Shown: positions 63,056-64,000 of the stretch, piece after piece
Numbering within the stretch: position 1 is the stretch's first letter
Layout of the letters: each line of letters opens with the position of its first letter
From: a virus
IMG/VR virus record: IMGVR_UViG_3300032180_000001
Span: 96,001 to 160,000 of that record
Length of the DNA: 64,000 bases
Strand: one strand, 5' to 3'
Translations under genes and position numbers: made by a program
The notes under the pieces: model-generated
The model's database searches: none
What the model was told of the DNA's origin: nothing
What the model saw: only the letters and a program-made list of their open reading frames with translations

Positions 63056-63358
63056 TTAAACTTTGCTGTTGTCCTGAGATCGCGACCCGGCTGCCGCCTG
63101 CCGAACTGACTTTTCGGTCTGCCGAACGTCCCACCCGGTACCATCCCGCCAGCCACGGCGTACCGCTATCGCAAAAATAACCAGGCCGTTATGCCACACC
63201 CATAGCGCACCGATGACAAGCACAAGCCACACGCGCCCCAATACAAAACCTGGAACCCAGCAAAGCCAGAGAACCACGGCAAGAACTATCTGCGAAAACC
63301 TGACCTTCTTAGCGCGGACCGTAATCTCGCTCAGCGGCAGAAACTTCAGCGTTGTCAT
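63056..63358 (-). CDS. Small membrane protein between terminase and portal
   Basis: Two hydrophobic segments; ATGA overlap with TerL. Confidence 0.6.
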   Translation of the reverse strand: MTTLKFLPLSEITVRAKKVRFSQIVLAVVLWLCWVPGFVLGRVWLVLVIGALWVWHNGLVIFAIAVRRGWRDGTGWDVRQTEKSVRQAAAGSRSQDNSKV

Positions 63359-64000
63359 ACCGGCATCCTAAGGCAGATGTTCTCCGCTAAGCGCACAGAG
63401 CTGAGAAGGTCGTAGCCGCGCCTCTTCTTCCCGAGCGCCCAGCTAGCCAGGGTAACGGCAACGATCGGCGTAATATCAGCCTCGCTGTCGCGTCGTGACC
63501 AGCCGCGCCCGCCATCTCCGATCTGCCGGGTTTCGGCACTGCCGATCGCAGACCACAGCACAGGTGCCTGCTCCCTGCCGAGATGAATGACCTGGCGATC
63601 ACGGATGCCGGTGACAATCTGAGCAAATGCAGCAGCCTCATCAGCACTGCCGGCCGCCAGCACTTCAATCCCTGCCTGCTCTGCCGCGTCAATCAGCCCG
63701 GCCGCCGGTCCGTTCTTCGGAATGCAGACAGCAGCAGGATGGTACTCGCGGTTCAGCTCGACAAGCCGGGGGATGACCCAGTCCGTACCCTCGCGAGAGC
63801 AGCCGCGGGGGATCTCCAGCACCGTTCGATACCTCGTCCTCGGTGGTGACAGAGGAAATTTTTCCTCGAGCTTCGGCTCTGGCCGTTCCCAGGCCGCTCC
63901 GATAGTAGTGACAGTCATCTCCGGGTTGACATCAACCGCGAAGGCCAACGGTCGGACCGCACCACCGGGATCTCCCAGGGCACACTGACTCCAGGCTTCT
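63355..64000 (-). CDS. terL: Terminase large subunit, C-terminal nuclease domain (5' part outside the window)
   Basis: FAVDVNPE...IGAA...DWVIPRLVEL...GPAAGLI...HLG..Q..L..A...A..R.IGDGG.GW.RR.S..DITPIVAVTLA.W; lies upstream of the portal. Confidence 0.85.
   Translation of the reverse strand, partial: EAWSQCALGDPGGAVRPLAFAVDVNPEMTVTTIGAAWERPEPKLEEKFPLSPPRTRYRTVLEIPRGCSREGTDWVIPRLVELNREYHPAAVCIPKNGPAAGLIDAAEQAGIEVLAAGSADEAAAFAQIVTGIRDRQVIHLGREQAPVLWSAIGSAETRQIGDGGRGWSRRDSEADITPIVAVTLASWALGKKRRGYDLLSSVRLAENICLRMPV

Noticed and set aside
1-64000. tRNA genes, CRISPR arrays, integrase/att sites and a canonical holin-endolysin pair
   Set aside because: None recognisable by eye in this window. A tRNAscan-SE run would be needed, particularly for a phage tRNA-Leu(UAA) elsewhere in the genome, which would alter the UUA-switch model.

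Overview
The window is a 64 kb slice of the morphogenesis arm of a very large, actinobacterial-type siphovirus (phage or prophage). Almost all genes are on the minus strand. In transcription order: TerL C-terminus (63355-64000), portal, HK97 prohead protease, HK97 major capsid, then about 30 kb of accessory virion proteins (Gly/Thr-rich adhesins, pectin-lyase-like spikes) with a sugar-modification cluster (glycosyltransferases, methyltransferases, epimerase, aldo-keto reductase), head-tail adaptor, tail terminator, a PAS/membrane-sensor cassette, a plus-strand island, major tail protein, tail assembly chaperones, neck protein and a tape measure of more than 3053 aa that runs off the left end (missed by the ORF track). 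Main hidden features found by reading the DNA: (1) The portal and a glycosyltransferase are each split into two frames exactly at a rare in-frame TTA (UUA) codon flanked by matched take-off and landing codons (TAT-T-TAC, TAC-T-TAT; also CGA-TTA-ATT-CGT). This points to bldA-tRNA-sensing ribosomal bypassing as a developmental switch on virion assembly. (2) The tape measure carries an internal block of three different ADP-ribosyltransferase-like domains. (3) An ORF-less group I intron splits the major tail protein gene. (4) A covarying RNA leader hairpin occurs 10 times just downstream of late -10 boxes. (5) There are three inteins and nine free-standing endonuclease genes or remnants. All family assignments come from motif recognition by eye; no searches were run.
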